Source: a virus (taxonomy: Duplodnaviria; Caudoviricetes). From it: a stretch of DNA of 55,992 nucleotides. Positions 16,210-26,359 of the stretch are shown one piece after another. The stretch spans positions 1-55,992 of IMG/VR virus record IMGVR_UViG_3300037461_000368; one strand, 5' to 3'. The translations under genes were made by a program, and so were the position numbers. Within the stretch, counting starts at the first letter, position 1. Each line of letters opens with the position of its first letter. The notes under the pieces are model-generated. The model did no database searches, was not told the DNA's origin, and worked only from the letters and a program-made list of their open reading frames with translations.

Positions 16210-18864
16210 ATGGCAACCTATGCAGCGACGGGTGGAGCAACGCTCTCGTCGGTCACCGCGTCGGGTACTGCGAACAGAAGCGAAGAGGCGACCGGCGCCG
16301 CGACGCTTTCTGCGATCACGGCGAGCGGGAAGGCTCTACGGAGTCAGGCGGCGACCGGCGCCGCGACACTCGCTTCGCTTACGGCTTCGGGGACGTGTAC
16401 GCTCGCCGAGCTCGTCACCTGCACGGTAGACACGGGCTCGACGGGCGACTACCTCACCATCAACGCCGCCGAGGCCGATCACTTCTCCGCGACCGGTGCC
16501 GATCTCGTCACGAACGAAGAGAAGGTCGTATGCTCCTGCACCTCGACGGACGAGGAGGCGGACGTCGCGTCCTGCACCGTCCTGGGGCAGACGACGAGCA
16601 CGCTGCATACGATCACGATCACGGCCCCGGTCGGTTCGCGACATACGGGCGCCTTCCCGGAAAGCGGCACGCTTTACCGTATGTCCCATGCGTCGCAGTG
16701 TCTGCGGGTCGATACCGACAACGTCACGATAAGCCACCTGGCTTTTCGCAACGCCTCCCCGACGGGTAACGCATACTGCCTGCTCGCATCCGGCGCTAAC
16801 ACGGTCGTCGATTCCTGCCTCGCTGACGGAACCGATTGCGGATCGAATCGGACCTTCGGATTCTATTTCTACAACAAGGGCACCGAGGACATCTCGGTAT
16901 ACGCGAAGAGCTGCGTTGCCGTATCCGATTCGACGAACTACGACTCGGACGGCTTCCGCGTGGCGAGCTATTCGGGCGGCTCGACGACGGCGCTCTTCCA
17001 TGGCTGCAATGCCGTTAAGGGCATTACCGGGTTCAAGGTCGCCGGATTCGCACCCGTCACAGTCAAGAACTGCATCGCGTTCGGGAATACGACGGCGGAA
17101 TACACGGGCTCTTTCGCGGCGGCGAGTACGCATAACGGGTACTCGACGGGCACGGGGCCGACGGGCGGCTCGGACGCGATAGACCTGGGCGACGATCCCG
17201 ACCTCGTCTTCGTCGATTACGACGGCCGCAACTTCCGGCTCCTGGGGAGCCTTGCGAACCCGGCGGCGTATGTCGGCGAAGACCTGGACGAGGACGCCTC
17301 CCTGCCGCTCGACTTCGACATGATCGGGCAGCCGAGGCCGACTACCGACCCGTGCATCGGCGCATTCGAGCTCGGGGCGATTGGAGCGGCTACGCTCTCG
17401 GCGGTGACGGGCGAGGGCGCGGTCAATCGATCATACGTGTCCGTGGGCGATACGACGATATCGGCCGTGACGGCTGCGGGCACGGTCAATCGCTCGCGTG
17501 CCGCCACGGGTGCTGCTACGATCTCGGCGGTTACGGCCAGTGGGGCCGCGAACCGATCCCGTGTCGCGACGGGCGAGACGACGCTATTACCGATCACGGC
17601 GTCGGGCGTCGTCAACCGATCTCGAGCGGCCACCGGGGCCGCGACCATAGCCGCGATCACGGCTGGCGCGGTCGGCGAGCGGGAGGTTGTGGCGACGGGC
17701 GCCTCGACCATCGCCGCGCTTACGGCGTCCGGTAGTGCTCACGTCGGGCCTGCGGCGACGGGTGCGGCGACCCTTGCAGCGATCACGGCCTCGGGTACGG
17801 CGCTGCACAGCAGGTCTACGGCGGGCGCAGCGACCCTTGAGGCTATCGTCGCGTCCGGCACCACGGAGCGGGAGGTCGTGGCCTCGGGTGCTGGTACGCT
17901 CTCGGCGATCACGGCCGAGGGCCTTGCCGCTATCGGGCCCGCCGCTACCGGGGCGGCCACGCTGGCGGCCGTCACCGGCTCGGGCACGGTGAACCGTTCC
18001 TACGTCACTTCGGGCGCAGCGACCCTGGTGGCGATAGCCGGCTCCGGGGCGGCGCTGAGATCGCGGGCGGCGGAAGGCGCGGCCACGATTGCGGCCATCA
18101 CGGCGTCCGGCGTCGTGAACCGCTCACGCGCGGCGGAAGGCGCGGCTACAATTTCGGCGCTGACGGCGTCGGGGACGACCGAGCGAGAAGTCGTCGCCAC
18201 CGGGGCCGCGACAATCTCGGCCATTACCGCGTCTGGAACGGCGGTCAACGAGGTCGTGGCGCAAGGCGCGGCCACGCTGGCAGCGATAACCGCGTCGGGG
18301 ACAACAGAGCGCGAGGTCGTCGCAACCGGTGCGGCTACGCTCGCAGCTATCAGCGCATCGGGTACCGTCAATCGCTCTCGTGCGGCAGCGGGCGCCTCGG
18401 CGCTTTCCCCGATTACGGCATCGGGCACCACCGAACGCGAGATCGTAGCAACAGGCGCAGCGGCACTCACGGCGCTCTCCGGCTCTGGCCGCGCCCATGT
18501 GGGCCCGGCGGCAACCGGGGCCGCGACCGTGCCCGCTATCACCGCATCGGGCACCACCGAACGCGAGATCGTCGCGGCCGGCGAGGCGCTGCTTGCCGAG
18601 ATCGTCGCTTCCGGTCTTGTGATACACGAGATCGTCGCCTCGGGCGCGGCGATCCTGACGAAGATAACGGCCTCGGGGACGACGGAACGATACGTCATGC
18701 CGACCGGCGGCTCGACGCTGGCTGCGATACGGGCCTCGGGCACGACTCACCGCAGCCGGGCATGTTCCGGCGTGGCTACGCTCTCGGCTCTTACGGCCGC
18801 AGGCGAAGCATTCCCCGATCATCACGCGATGGTTCTAACGGTTGAGGCACCAGTTCACATCTGA
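16210..18864 (+). CDS. Repeat fibre protein A: 3 repeats + beta-helix domain + 23 repeats of 21 aa
   Basis: ATGAATLAAITASGTTEREVV-type repeats; domain ends NFRL...D..G..R...CIGAFE. Confidence 0.85.
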   Translation: MATYAATGGATLSSVTASGTANRSEEATGAATLSAITASGKALRSQAATGAATLASLTASGTCTLAELVTCTVDTGSTGDYLTINAAEADHFSATGADLVTNEEKVVCSCTSTDEEADVASCTVLGQTTSTLHTITITAPVGSRHTGAFPESGTLYRMSHASQCLRVDTDNVTISHLAFRNASPTGNAYCLLASGANTVVDSCLADGTDCGSNRTFGFYFYNKGTEDISVYAKSCVAVSDSTNYDSDGFRVASYSGGSTTALFHGCNAVKGITGFKVAGFAPVTVKNCIAFGNTTAEYTGSFAAASTHNGYSTGTGPTGGSDAIDLGDDPDLVFVDYDGRNFRLLGSLANPAAYVGEDLDEDASLPLDFDMIGQPRPTTDPCIGAFELGAIGAATLSAVTGEGAVNRSYVSVGDTTISAVTAAGTVNRSRAATGAATISAVTASGAANRSRVATGETTLLPITASGVVNRSRAATGAATIAAITAGAVGEREVVATGASTIAALTASGSAHVGPAATGAATLAAITASGTALHSRSTAGAATLEAIVASGTTEREVVASGAGTLSAITAEGLAAIGPAATGAATLAAVTGSGTVNRSYVTSGAATLVAIAGSGAALRSRAAEGAATIAAITASGVVNRSRAAEGAATISALTASGTTEREVVATGAATISAITASGTAVNEVVAQGAATLAAITASGTTEREVVATGAATLAAISASGTVNRSRAAAGASALSPITASGTTEREIVATGAAALTALSGSGRAHVGPAATGAATVPAITASGTTEREIVAAGEALLAEIVASGLVIHEIVASGAAILTKITASGTTERYVMPTGGSTLAAIRASGTTHRSRACSGVATLSALTAAGEAFPDHHAMVLTVEAPVHI
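17377..18825 (+). repeat. Coding tandem repeat, ~23 x 63 bp, degenerate
   Basis: Exact 21-aa periodicity counted in the translation. Confidence 0.9.
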
Positions 18865-18881
18865 CAGAGAGGAGACCTGAC

Positions 18882-19076
18882 ATGGCAGACGTAGTGAAGC
18901 GCGTAGGCGGGCACCCGGCAGGCGTCGTCACCGTCATCAAGTGGTGGCAGAAGATGGGCCTAACCGAGGCCGAGGCTGACAAGATCCGCGCCGAGGGTCG
19001 GCAGAACGAAGTCTGGAACGCCTGGAAGGCGAAACAAGACGCGGCGAAGACAAGGGCCTGCGGCGAGTGCGAGTAG
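18882..19076 (+). CDS. Small hypothetical protein ending CGECE
   Basis: AGGAGACCTGAC RBS. Confidence 0.6.
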   Translation: MADVVKRVGGHPAGVVTVIKWWQKMGLTEAEADKIRAEGRQNEVWNAWKAKQDAAKTRACGECE

Positions 19077-19106
19077 TCGCGGCACGGGAGGTCGGCGAGA
19101 GCACGC

Positions 19107-22100
19107 ATGGCTGATCTGATCGCAACGACGGTAGACGGCGGCGGAACGGGGGACTATCTCACCCTGAACGCCGCAGAAGCCGACAACTTTGGTGCGACCA
19201 GCGCCAACCTCGTTTCCGAAGATGAGTATTGCGTCTGTAGCTGCATCTGCACGAACGGCACGGCAGACAGCACAGCTGTCACCATTGTGGGTCAGACGAC
19301 GGACGCGAGCCACACCATCACCATCACCGTGCCGCAGGCGTATCGGCATCCCGGGTACTGGGTCGATTCCGGGAATGTGTACCGGATAAACTGCTCGGCA
19401 ACACCCGTTATAGGATGGACGACTTCTAATGTCGTATACGCCGGTCTTGCTGTAAATTGTACCTCTACTGCTGCGGGGGCGGTTTGTTACGACTCGCTTA
19501 GTAGCGCGGCATCTACAAATGTGTTGATGGACGCATGTATAGGAATAGTGTCGGCCGCCGCAGCATCGACAGCAGCCTACGGAGTATATGGTCCCGAGCA
19601 TGCATCGAGTACACTTCTTGTCAAGAACTCGATATTCATAGGTGGTGGAACATCGGTCAATGAATATGGAGTAAGACATACTGCCGGAGCGCTTACGGCG
19701 CATAATGTCACGGTATGTAAGTTTAAGAGCTACGGTATCCGCGAGAGCGCATCGGGTTTTGTCGTGCAGAATTGCCTATCGTTTGGCAACGGTGGCGATT
19801 ATTTGGGCACCTTCTCCGCGCTGAGCGCCAAGAACGGATACTCGAACGGAAGCGGTCCCGGCGGCGGCAGCAACGCCATCAACCTGGGCACGGATTCGGC
19901 GGTCGTCTTCAAGGACTACGCCGGGAACGATTTCCATCTTCGGTGCGTCGGCGGCGTGGTGAACCCGGCGTTCCGTACCGGCGCCGACTTGGACGAAGAC
20001 GCGACGCTACCGGTCACGCTCGACATTGACGGCGAGACACGCCATGCGACGACGCCATGCATCGGTGCGGACGAAGCGCACGATTTCGCGGCCGCCGGCG
20101 CGGCGCTGCTCGCGGACATCTTCGGCTCGGGCGATACGGAACGCGAGATCGTTACTACGGGTGCGGCGACGATCGCTGCGATCACAGCGTCGGGACGTGC
20201 CGTCTTTGGTCCGGCGGCGACCGGTGCGGCGGCCATACCGGCCGTTACGGCAGCGGGTACGGTAAACCGCAGCTATGCCGCAGCAGGCGCGGCCACGCTC
20301 GCCCCGATCACCGCTTCGGGTCCAACGGAACGTGAGGTCGTGGCAACGGGTGCGGCCACACTCGCATCCATAACCGCGTCGGGGACGACGGAGCGCGAAG
20401 TCGTTGCTTCTGGCGCGGCTACACTTGCAGCCATAACGGCGTCGGGTGTCGCAAACAGGAGCTACAGTGCTACGGGTGCAGCGACCCTGGCCCCCGTCAC
20501 GGCGAGCGGGTACGTCGGGCTCGATTACTACGTCGATGCCACGGGAGGCAGTGACTCCAATTCGGGCCATCAAACCGGCGCTGCATGGAAGACTATCGCG
20601 AAGGTAAACGCTATAGCGCTTCAGCCTGGAGATGCTGTATATCTGAAACGTGGAGCTCTTTGGCGTGAAATGTTGACGGTTCCCGGAAGCGGTATTCTGG
20701 GGAGTCCAATTACATTCACAGCCTATGGGGAAGGGGCTAATCCGCAGTTAATAGCATCGGATCTGATTTCCGTGTGGTTGGATGGTGGGGGCAACATATG
20801 GAGCGCCACAGTAACCACGTCCCCAGCACAAGTATTTTTTGATAGGGCGCGGGGAAACAAAAAAACAGAACTCATTAGCGTTACAGTGGCGGGCGATTGG
20901 TACTGGGCAGACAATGTATTGTACACCTATTGCGTGGGTGATCCGTCGACATACCATAGCAACAATGGTGTCGAGGCTAGTAGCCGCGCTCGTGCAATAG
21001 CGATCCAAGGCAAGGCATACATTGTCGTCTCAAGCATCGATGTGATGCATGCGAATGGCGACGGGAATATTACATCGTGGGGCGTTGGCGGAACCAATAT
21101 AACAATTAGCAATTTAACTACATCTTACTCGGCCAGCCAAGGCGTTAATTGGTTGTCGACGAATGTGACGATATCGAATGTTGTAGCACATCACAATGGG
21201 CTCAGCTCGCAACATCATGGATTCTACCCATCACACGACGACAACACAGAAGCAAGTGGGTTCCTTATCGAGAACTCTGAAGCGTCATATAGTTCTGGAT
21301 TCGGCTTCCATTTATATCAGTGTGGAGGGGGAACTGTTCGTTCTTGCCATGGACACAACAACAGCAAAGCGGGGCTTATAGTCGATAGTCTAATTGCGAA
21401 CGAGGAAGTAAACGTCTACTATTCCATCTTTAATGAAAATGCAACAGAAGGAATAAAAACAACGGCGCTAGGGTCTGGCTGTAAGATGGCTGTATTGAAC
21501 TGTGTCTCATATGGGAATGCAGCCGAAGGGATGCTAACATTTGTAAACAATAGCGCCACATCGATAACCATTAAGAATTGCATCTTCTGTTTGAATGGTG
21601 CGGAGCAGTTTCGGCACCACGATTCACCGTCTCCATATACGTTAGACTACAATGCGTTCTACAAGGCTTCTGGCAATATAATTCGTTGGTGTGGCACGTC
21701 ATATACAACGGCACAGTTCGCCGCGTACAAGTTGGCATCCGGCCAAGATTCGCATTCGATCGTAGTAGACCCGCTATTCGTGAATGCGGCATCAGCAAAC
21801 TTTCGTCTTCTGCCGACTTCTCCCTGTATCGATGTCGGAGTCGATGTCGGCCTGACGGAAGACTTCGTGGGGGTCGAGCTCCCGCAGTTTGAAGGGTTCG
21901 ATATCGGCGCGTACGAGATAATGTGCTTCGGCGCGGCTACGGTCCCCACGATCACGGCGTCGGGGACGACTGAACGCGAGGTCGTAGCTTACGGCGCGGC
22001 AACGGTCCCCACGATCACGGCGCAGGGCGCGACCGAGCGCGAGGTCGTAGCCGCAGGCGCGGCATTCCTTGCCGCCATCGAAGCGATCGGAACCGTCAAC

Positions 22101-22691
22101 CGCTCGTATGCCGCTTCCGGCGCGGCGACCTTCCCAACCATCCGAGCGGGCGGCGGAACCGAGCGCGAGGTCGTCGCTTCCGGCGCGGCGACGCTCTCCG
22201 CAATAACGGCATTCGGGAAGGTTTCCATTGAGGCCGGGGGCGTCAAACCCATCTCGGACCGCATCATCGAGAACCTCGTCGATACGCTCGAAGACGTGAC
22301 CGAGACCGCCGGCTACAACCGCACGCTGCGGACCGTCACCGACAAGCTCACCATCCCGACAAGCGCGTTGCGCGATATCGCCTTCGTCGCAGGCGTCCGG
22401 GAAGCGAAGAAGTACGCCTCGTGCAACAACGTCGTCCAGAGCACGATGACCGTCCTTATCAACGTCGTCGTCGAAGAGGGCGACGACCTGACGCTCGCCG
22501 TCCGTCAGGCGGCGGCCGACGTCGAGAAGATCCTGCATGTTGACCCCAAACGTGGCGCGCTCGCCTGCGACACGAAGATCGTATCCGTTGAGTATGAAAC
22601 GTTCAGCGATAATGAACCGCTCGGGTCGTGTACGCTCGAAGTGGAGATCCTGTACCGGCACAGAGCAAACGACCCGTACACGGTCGTGTGA
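19107..22691 (+). CDS. Repeat fibre protein B: beta-helix + 7 repeats + beta-helix + 5 repeats + C-terminal tail-terminator (lambda gpU-like) domain
   Basis: YYVDATGGSDSNSG...AWKTI..VN and DIGAYE domain borders; last ~150 aa (RIIENLVDTLE.V....GYN...LEVEILYRH...DPY) sits just before the tail tube gene. Confidence 0.8.
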   Translation: MADLIATTVDGGGTGDYLTLNAAEADNFGATSANLVSEDEYCVCSCICTNGTADSTAVTIVGQTTDASHTITITVPQAYRHPGYWVDSGNVYRINCSATPVIGWTTSNVVYAGLAVNCTSTAAGAVCYDSLSSAASTNVLMDACIGIVSAAAASTAAYGVYGPEHASSTLLVKNSIFIGGGTSVNEYGVRHTAGALTAHNVTVCKFKSYGIRESASGFVVQNCLSFGNGGDYLGTFSALSAKNGYSNGSGPGGGSNAINLGTDSAVVFKDYAGNDFHLRCVGGVVNPAFRTGADLDEDATLPVTLDIDGETRHATTPCIGADEAHDFAAAGAALLADIFGSGDTEREIVTTGAATIAAITASGRAVFGPAATGAAAIPAVTAAGTVNRSYAAAGAATLAPITASGPTEREVVATGAATLASITASGTTEREVVASGAATLAAITASGVANRSYSATGAATLAPVTASGYVGLDYYVDATGGSDSNSGHQTGAAWKTIAKVNAIALQPGDAVYLKRGALWREMLTVPGSGILGSPITFTAYGEGANPQLIASDLISVWLDGGGNIWSATVTTSPAQVFFDRARGNKKTELISVTVAGDWYWADNVLYTYCVGDPSTYHSNNGVEASSRARAIAIQGKAYIVVSSIDVMHANGDGNITSWGVGGTNITISNLTTSYSASQGVNWLSTNVTISNVVAHHNGLSSQHHGFYPSHDDNTEASGFLIENSEASYSSGFGFHLYQCGGGTVRSCHGHNNSKAGLIVDSLIANEEVNVYYSIFNENATEGIKTTALGSGCKMAVLNCVSYGNAAEGMLTFVNNSATSITIKNCIFCLNGAEQFRHHDSPSPYTLDYNAFYKASGNIIRWCGTSYTTAQFAAYKLASGQDSHSIVVDPLFVNAASANFRLLPTSPCIDVGVDVGLTEDFVGVELPQFEGFDIGAYEIMCFGAATVPTITASGTTEREVVAYGAATVPTITAQGATEREVVAAGAAFLAAIEAIGTVNRSYAASGAATFPTIRAGGGTEREVVASGAATLSAITAFGKVSIEAGGVKPISDRIIENLVDTLEDVTETAGYNRTLRTVTDKLTIPTSALRDIAFVAGVREAKKYASCNNVVQSTMTVLINVVVEEGDDLTLAVRQAAADVEKILHVDPKRGALACDTKIVSVEYETFSDNEPLGSCTLEVEILYRHRANDPYTVV

Positions 22692-22703
22692 GGAGACACG
22701 GAC

Positions 22704-23645
22704 ATGGCATTGTTAACACGGCTCACCGAGCTTGCGGTTGCGACCGAAAGCGTCAAGGGGACGGCGGAAACGCTCGAGGCGGCCGACGTTGTCATTCTCG
22801 CCGAAGACGTCACCTTCGCGTATGCGCCACAGGAGCTCGCGCGTAACCCGTACCGCAACCACATCTCGCCCATGGCGAGCGTCCCGGGCGCGCGTATCGG
22901 GACGATGACGGCGCGCGTCGAGTTCAAAGGCTCGGGGACGGCGACGACCCCGCCTTCGATCGGCCTGCTCCTCAAGGGCTGCGGCTTTGCCGAGGACGTG
23001 CAGACGGCCTCCGTCGTCTACACCCCGGTGAGCACGGACGCGCTGAGCTCCACCCTGACCATGGCGGCGTACATGGATGGGACATGCTTCAAGATGTACG
23101 GCGCACGCGGGAATCTCTCGCTCGCCTTCAACGCGAATCAGCTCGTCTACGGCGACTTCACCTTCACGGGGATCTTCGACGGCCTGACCGACACGGCCAT
23201 GCTCGGCGGGACGTTCGAGAGCACCATCCCGGTCCCGTGGTACAACGCATCCTTGAGCTGGAACTTCGGCGCATCCTACGTCCCGTCATGCATCTCGGCG
23301 CTGTCGCTCGACCTGAACAACACGGTGACGATCCGGCAGTGCGCGAACGCGACCTACGGCCTGACGTACGCGCTCATCACGGCGCGCGACTACGGTGGCA
23401 CCGTAGACCCCGACGCCGTCCTGGTGACGACGCAGGACTGGATGGGACACCTCGGGACGCCGACCACGGGCTCGCTCGCGTTCTCGGTCGGAACCGAAGC
23501 CGGGAACACGATCGCTTTCGCGGCTCCGGCCTTCCAAGTGACGAGCCTGACCCCGGGCGACCGCGACGGCATCCGGACCTGGATGCTGCCGTACAAGCTC
23601 CGCGGCTCCTCGGGTAACGACGAACTGACGATTACGTTCTCTTGA
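22704..23645 (+). CDS. Major tail tube protein
   Basis: LAVATESVKGT, LLKGCGF, GARGN, GDRDGI, NDELTITF; precedes the chaperones and TMP. Confidence 0.85.
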   Translation: MALLTRLTELAVATESVKGTAETLEAADVVILAEDVTFAYAPQELARNPYRNHISPMASVPGARIGTMTARVEFKGSGTATTPPSIGLLLKGCGFAEDVQTASVVYTPVSTDALSSTLTMAAYMDGTCFKMYGARGNLSLAFNANQLVYGDFTFTGIFDGLTDTAMLGGTFESTIPVPWYNASLSWNFGASYVPSCISALSLDLNNTVTIRQCANATYGLTYALITARDYGGTVDPDAVLVTTQDWMGHLGTPTTGSLAFSVGTEAGNTIAFAAPAFQVTSLTPGDRDGIRTWMLPYKLRGSSGNDELTITFS

Positions 23646-23686
23646 TTCGGATGCGTATACGCAGAGACAGACAGGAGACCTGACAC

Positions 23687-24088
23687 ATGATTGCGATTTC
23701 CCGAAAGGACCGGGACAGGTACGTCCCGGAAGGTGAACGCGGCAAGGCTGGGGCGGCCGCGTTCTTGCTTGGGCCGCCGACGATGCAGCAGCTCATCGAG
23801 ATCGAAGAGCTCGCGCATGGCGGGGATGGGACGATTCGTCCGCTCGGCCGCATGGGGTACCTGCTCCTGCGTGCCGGGCTGAAAGGTTGGGAGGGCGTGA
23901 CGATCGAGGGTGGCGCGGCGGCTCCATTCGAGGTCGGCGCGGACGGCTGTGCGACTGACGACACGATCGCGTCCCTGCCGGGCCTCCTGCGTGCCGAGCT
24001 TGCCATGGAGATTTTCCGGCGTGCGAACGTGACGGACGACGACCGAAAAAACTCCTCATCGCCGCCGGCATCTCCGGCGGGGAAATGA
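23687..24088 (+). CDS. Tail assembly chaperone (gpG-like)
   Basis: Between tube and TMP; ends at a slippery site. Confidence 0.8.
   Translation: MIAISRKDRDRYVPEGERGKAGAAAFLLGPPTMQQLIEIEELAHGGDGTIRPLGRMGYLLLRAGLKGWEGVTIEGGAAAPFEVGADGCATDDTIASLPGLLRAELAMEIFRRANVTDDDRKNSSSPPASPAGK
24046..24052 (+). other. -1 programmed ribosomal frameshift site A AAA AAC
   Basis: In-frame X XXY YYZ heptamer; the -1 frame is open (KLLIAAGISGGE) into ORF 24085-24393. Confidence 0.85.
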
Positions 24089-24393
24089 CATGCGATTGCG
24101 CGACGTGCGACGAGAAGCAGCGAGCGGCACGCGGCTGCACGAGCGAGACGACCGACCGCCGGCACTGGTGGAAGCTGGAAGGCTACAAGGAACCCTTCAA
24201 GCGCTGTCCGCGGAAGCTCACGACGCCGGCAGCTCTCTACGTCGCGGCATTCGCCGGTCTCATCGGGGAGGGGGTCTTTCCCGATCCTGGTGGCTGGGTG
24301 GATCAGGCGGCCGGGTACCTGCGTGCCTGCTCGGTCGTGAACGCTGCGCGTGCGGCGGCAGAGGAGAAAAAGCGTGGCCGACGTAACCCTTGA
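24085..24393 (+). CDS. gpT part of the gpGT frameshift chaperone (Cys-rich)
   Basis: Continuous with the -1 frame; CDCATC...RGC...RCP; PDPGGWVDQ. Confidence 0.75.
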   Translation: MTCDCATCDEKQRAARGCTSETTDRRHWWKLEGYKEPFKRCPRKLTTPAALYVAAFAGLIGEGVFPDPGGWVDQAAGYLRACSVVNAARAAAEEKKRGRRNP

Positions 24394-26356
24394 AGCTCTC
24401 ATCAAGCTACAGGACCAGTACACGGCGACGTTCCAGAAGATCGTCACGCAGACGAAGACTGGGACGACGCAGATGGCGGCCGCGACGAAGGTGGCCTCGA
24501 CGGCAATGGCCGGCATGTCAACGGCCGTGCATGCGGTTGGCGCGAAGGTCTCCGCGTTCGCCGTGAGCATGAAGGGAATGATCGCGGCGTATCTCGGCTG
24601 GCGTGGAGTCATGGCCGGCTGGAACGCGGCGAAGGCATTCGCCGGAGCGGAAGCGGCCGAGCTCGCATTCCGCGAACTATCGAAGACGATCGACATCTCG
24701 ACGGACGCCGTGAAAAACTGGTCGGCGGCCGTACGCTACACGATGGACGATGACGATCTCATGCTCGCTGCGAACAAGGCGATCTCGTCCGGCGTCGTCA
24801 AGATGGAGCAGGACTTCACGACGCTGACGCAGGCGGCGTTCCTGCTCGCGCGCGCGATGGGAACGGACGTTCAGACGGCGCTCGATCAGCTCATCCAAAC
24901 GACGGCCGGCGGGGAGACGCGCGGCCTGAAGAAGTTCGGCATCGATCTCGAAGATGCGATCCGAAAATCGAAGGATGCCGGGGACGAGATCGTAACGCTG
25001 GAGCAGAAGATCCGACTTATCCTGAAGCTCTTGGAACAGAAAGTGAAGGGCGGATTCGGAGATCTCGGGAAGGTCGGCGAGACGACGTCGGAAGCGTTTC
25101 AGCGTCTCGGCGTTGCGATGGGGAACATACAGGAAAGCATCGGCCGCGCCATTGCACCAGGCATAAAGGACCTGGCGAACGCCATGACGGTCCTGTCGAT
25201 CGGTATCGACAACGTCACGAAAAACAAGGAGGCGTTTCTCGGCTTTCTCAAGGACATAGGGAAAGAGCTGCTGCATATCAGTCCACTGTATTCTATTCTT
25301 GACGCCGCTGCAAAGACGGGTGGCGCACTTCCCAAGAGCGCGCAGCCGAGACCCGCTCTCCCGCCTGGTCTATCGGCCGATGCACAGCGGACGATGTTGG
25401 GCTTTCCGCCCGAGGCTCCGTCGGCGCTGTACGGGCGTGCGGCGGCGCCCAGCGGATTCGAGATGCTGCGGCAGCAAGAGCAGGAGCAGTGGGACGCGCT
25501 CAAGCGTGTTCAGTCCGGCTTCGCACCGTATGGTGCGGCGATAGGACGAGCATTCACACCGAAGCCGGTGCAGCCCTTCGCCGTTGGCGAAGAGACGGTC
25601 ACGGCGAAGCGCGACTATGGCGAACTTGTACGCTTCGGATACGCCGACGAGCTCTCGAAGATACGCGACGAGTTCGCGTCCGTCATGGAAGCGCACGAGG
25701 ACTTCGAGCGGCGTGCCGGGACCATGTGGGAAGGCATGGCCGACGGTCTCAAACGCTACACCGACGAGGTCGGCGGCGTCTTCGGCGCGTTCTCGGACGC
25801 TACCTTGCAGACCTTCCGCACGCTTGAAGACACGCTCGGCGGGGTCTTCTTCGACGCAATGCAGGGGAAGCTCCAGAGCTTCAAGGAATACATGAAGCAG
25901 TTCGTCCTCGACATCATCCGAATGCTCGCGCAGTTAGCGGCGAAGATGGCGATCATGGGAATCCTGAACGCGATCATGCCGGGTGCCGGTTCGATAGGCG
26001 GCTCGGTAGCCGGTCTCGGCTCGTCCATGACGAGCGGGTTCACGTCGAATGCGGCGAGTCTCGGGACGATCACCGGAACGAATATGCTCGGAGTCCCCGG
26101 GTTCGCAGCTGGCGGGATCGTGACCCGGCCGACGCTCGCCGTCGTCGGGGAGGCGGGGCCGGAACGGATCACGCCGCTGTCGCAGGAGGGCACGGTCGGC
26201 GGCGTACGGAATGTGAATATCACTTTCCAGATATCCATGCTCGACGCGACCGATGCGGACCGCGTCTTCATGAAGCACCGCCGCACGATCGAGGCTATTG
26301 TCTCTACCGCGATACGTGACGACCGTGGCATGCGGCATCAGATACGGGGAGCATAG
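24374..26356 (+). CDS. Tape measure protein (~660 aa)
   Basis: GTG start after GAGGAG; helical Ala-rich; FAAGGIVTRPT..VVGEAGPE C-terminal motif. Confidence 0.9.
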   Translation: MADVTLEALIKLQDQYTATFQKIVTQTKTGTTQMAAATKVASTAMAGMSTAVHAVGAKVSAFAVSMKGMIAAYLGWRGVMAGWNAAKAFAGAEAAELAFRELSKTIDISTDAVKNWSAAVRYTMDDDDLMLAANKAISSGVVKMEQDFTTLTQAAFLLARAMGTDVQTALDQLIQTTAGGETRGLKKFGIDLEDAIRKSKDAGDEIVTLEQKIRLILKLLEQKVKGGFGDLGKVGETTSEAFQRLGVAMGNIQESIGRAIAPGIKDLANAMTVLSIGIDNVTKNKEAFLGFLKDIGKELLHISPLYSILDAAAKTGGALPKSAQPRPALPPGLSADAQRTMLGFPPEAPSALYGRAAAPSGFEMLRQQEQEQWDALKRVQSGFAPYGAAIGRAFTPKPVQPFAVGEETVTAKRDYGELVRFGYADELSKIRDEFASVMEAHEDFERRAGTMWEGMADGLKRYTDEVGGVFGAFSDATLQTFRTLEDTLGGVFFDAMQGKLQSFKEYMKQFVLDIIRMLAQLAAKMAIMGILNAIMPGAGSIGGSVAGLGSSMTSGFTSNAASLGTITGTNMLGVPGFAAGGIVTRPTLAVVGEAGPERITPLSQEGTVGGVRNVNITFQISMLDATDADRVFMKHRRTIEAIVSTAIRDDRGMRHQIRGA

Positions 26357-26359
26357 CGT

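Noticed and set aside
17377-18825. CRISPR-like array
   Set aside because: The units are contiguous, in-frame, degenerate 63-bp coding repeats with no constant repeat/unique spacer pattern
16400-20090. Diversity-generating retroelement (similar segments in fibres A and B)
   Set aside because: No reverse transcriptase ORF, and the differences are not adenine-specific
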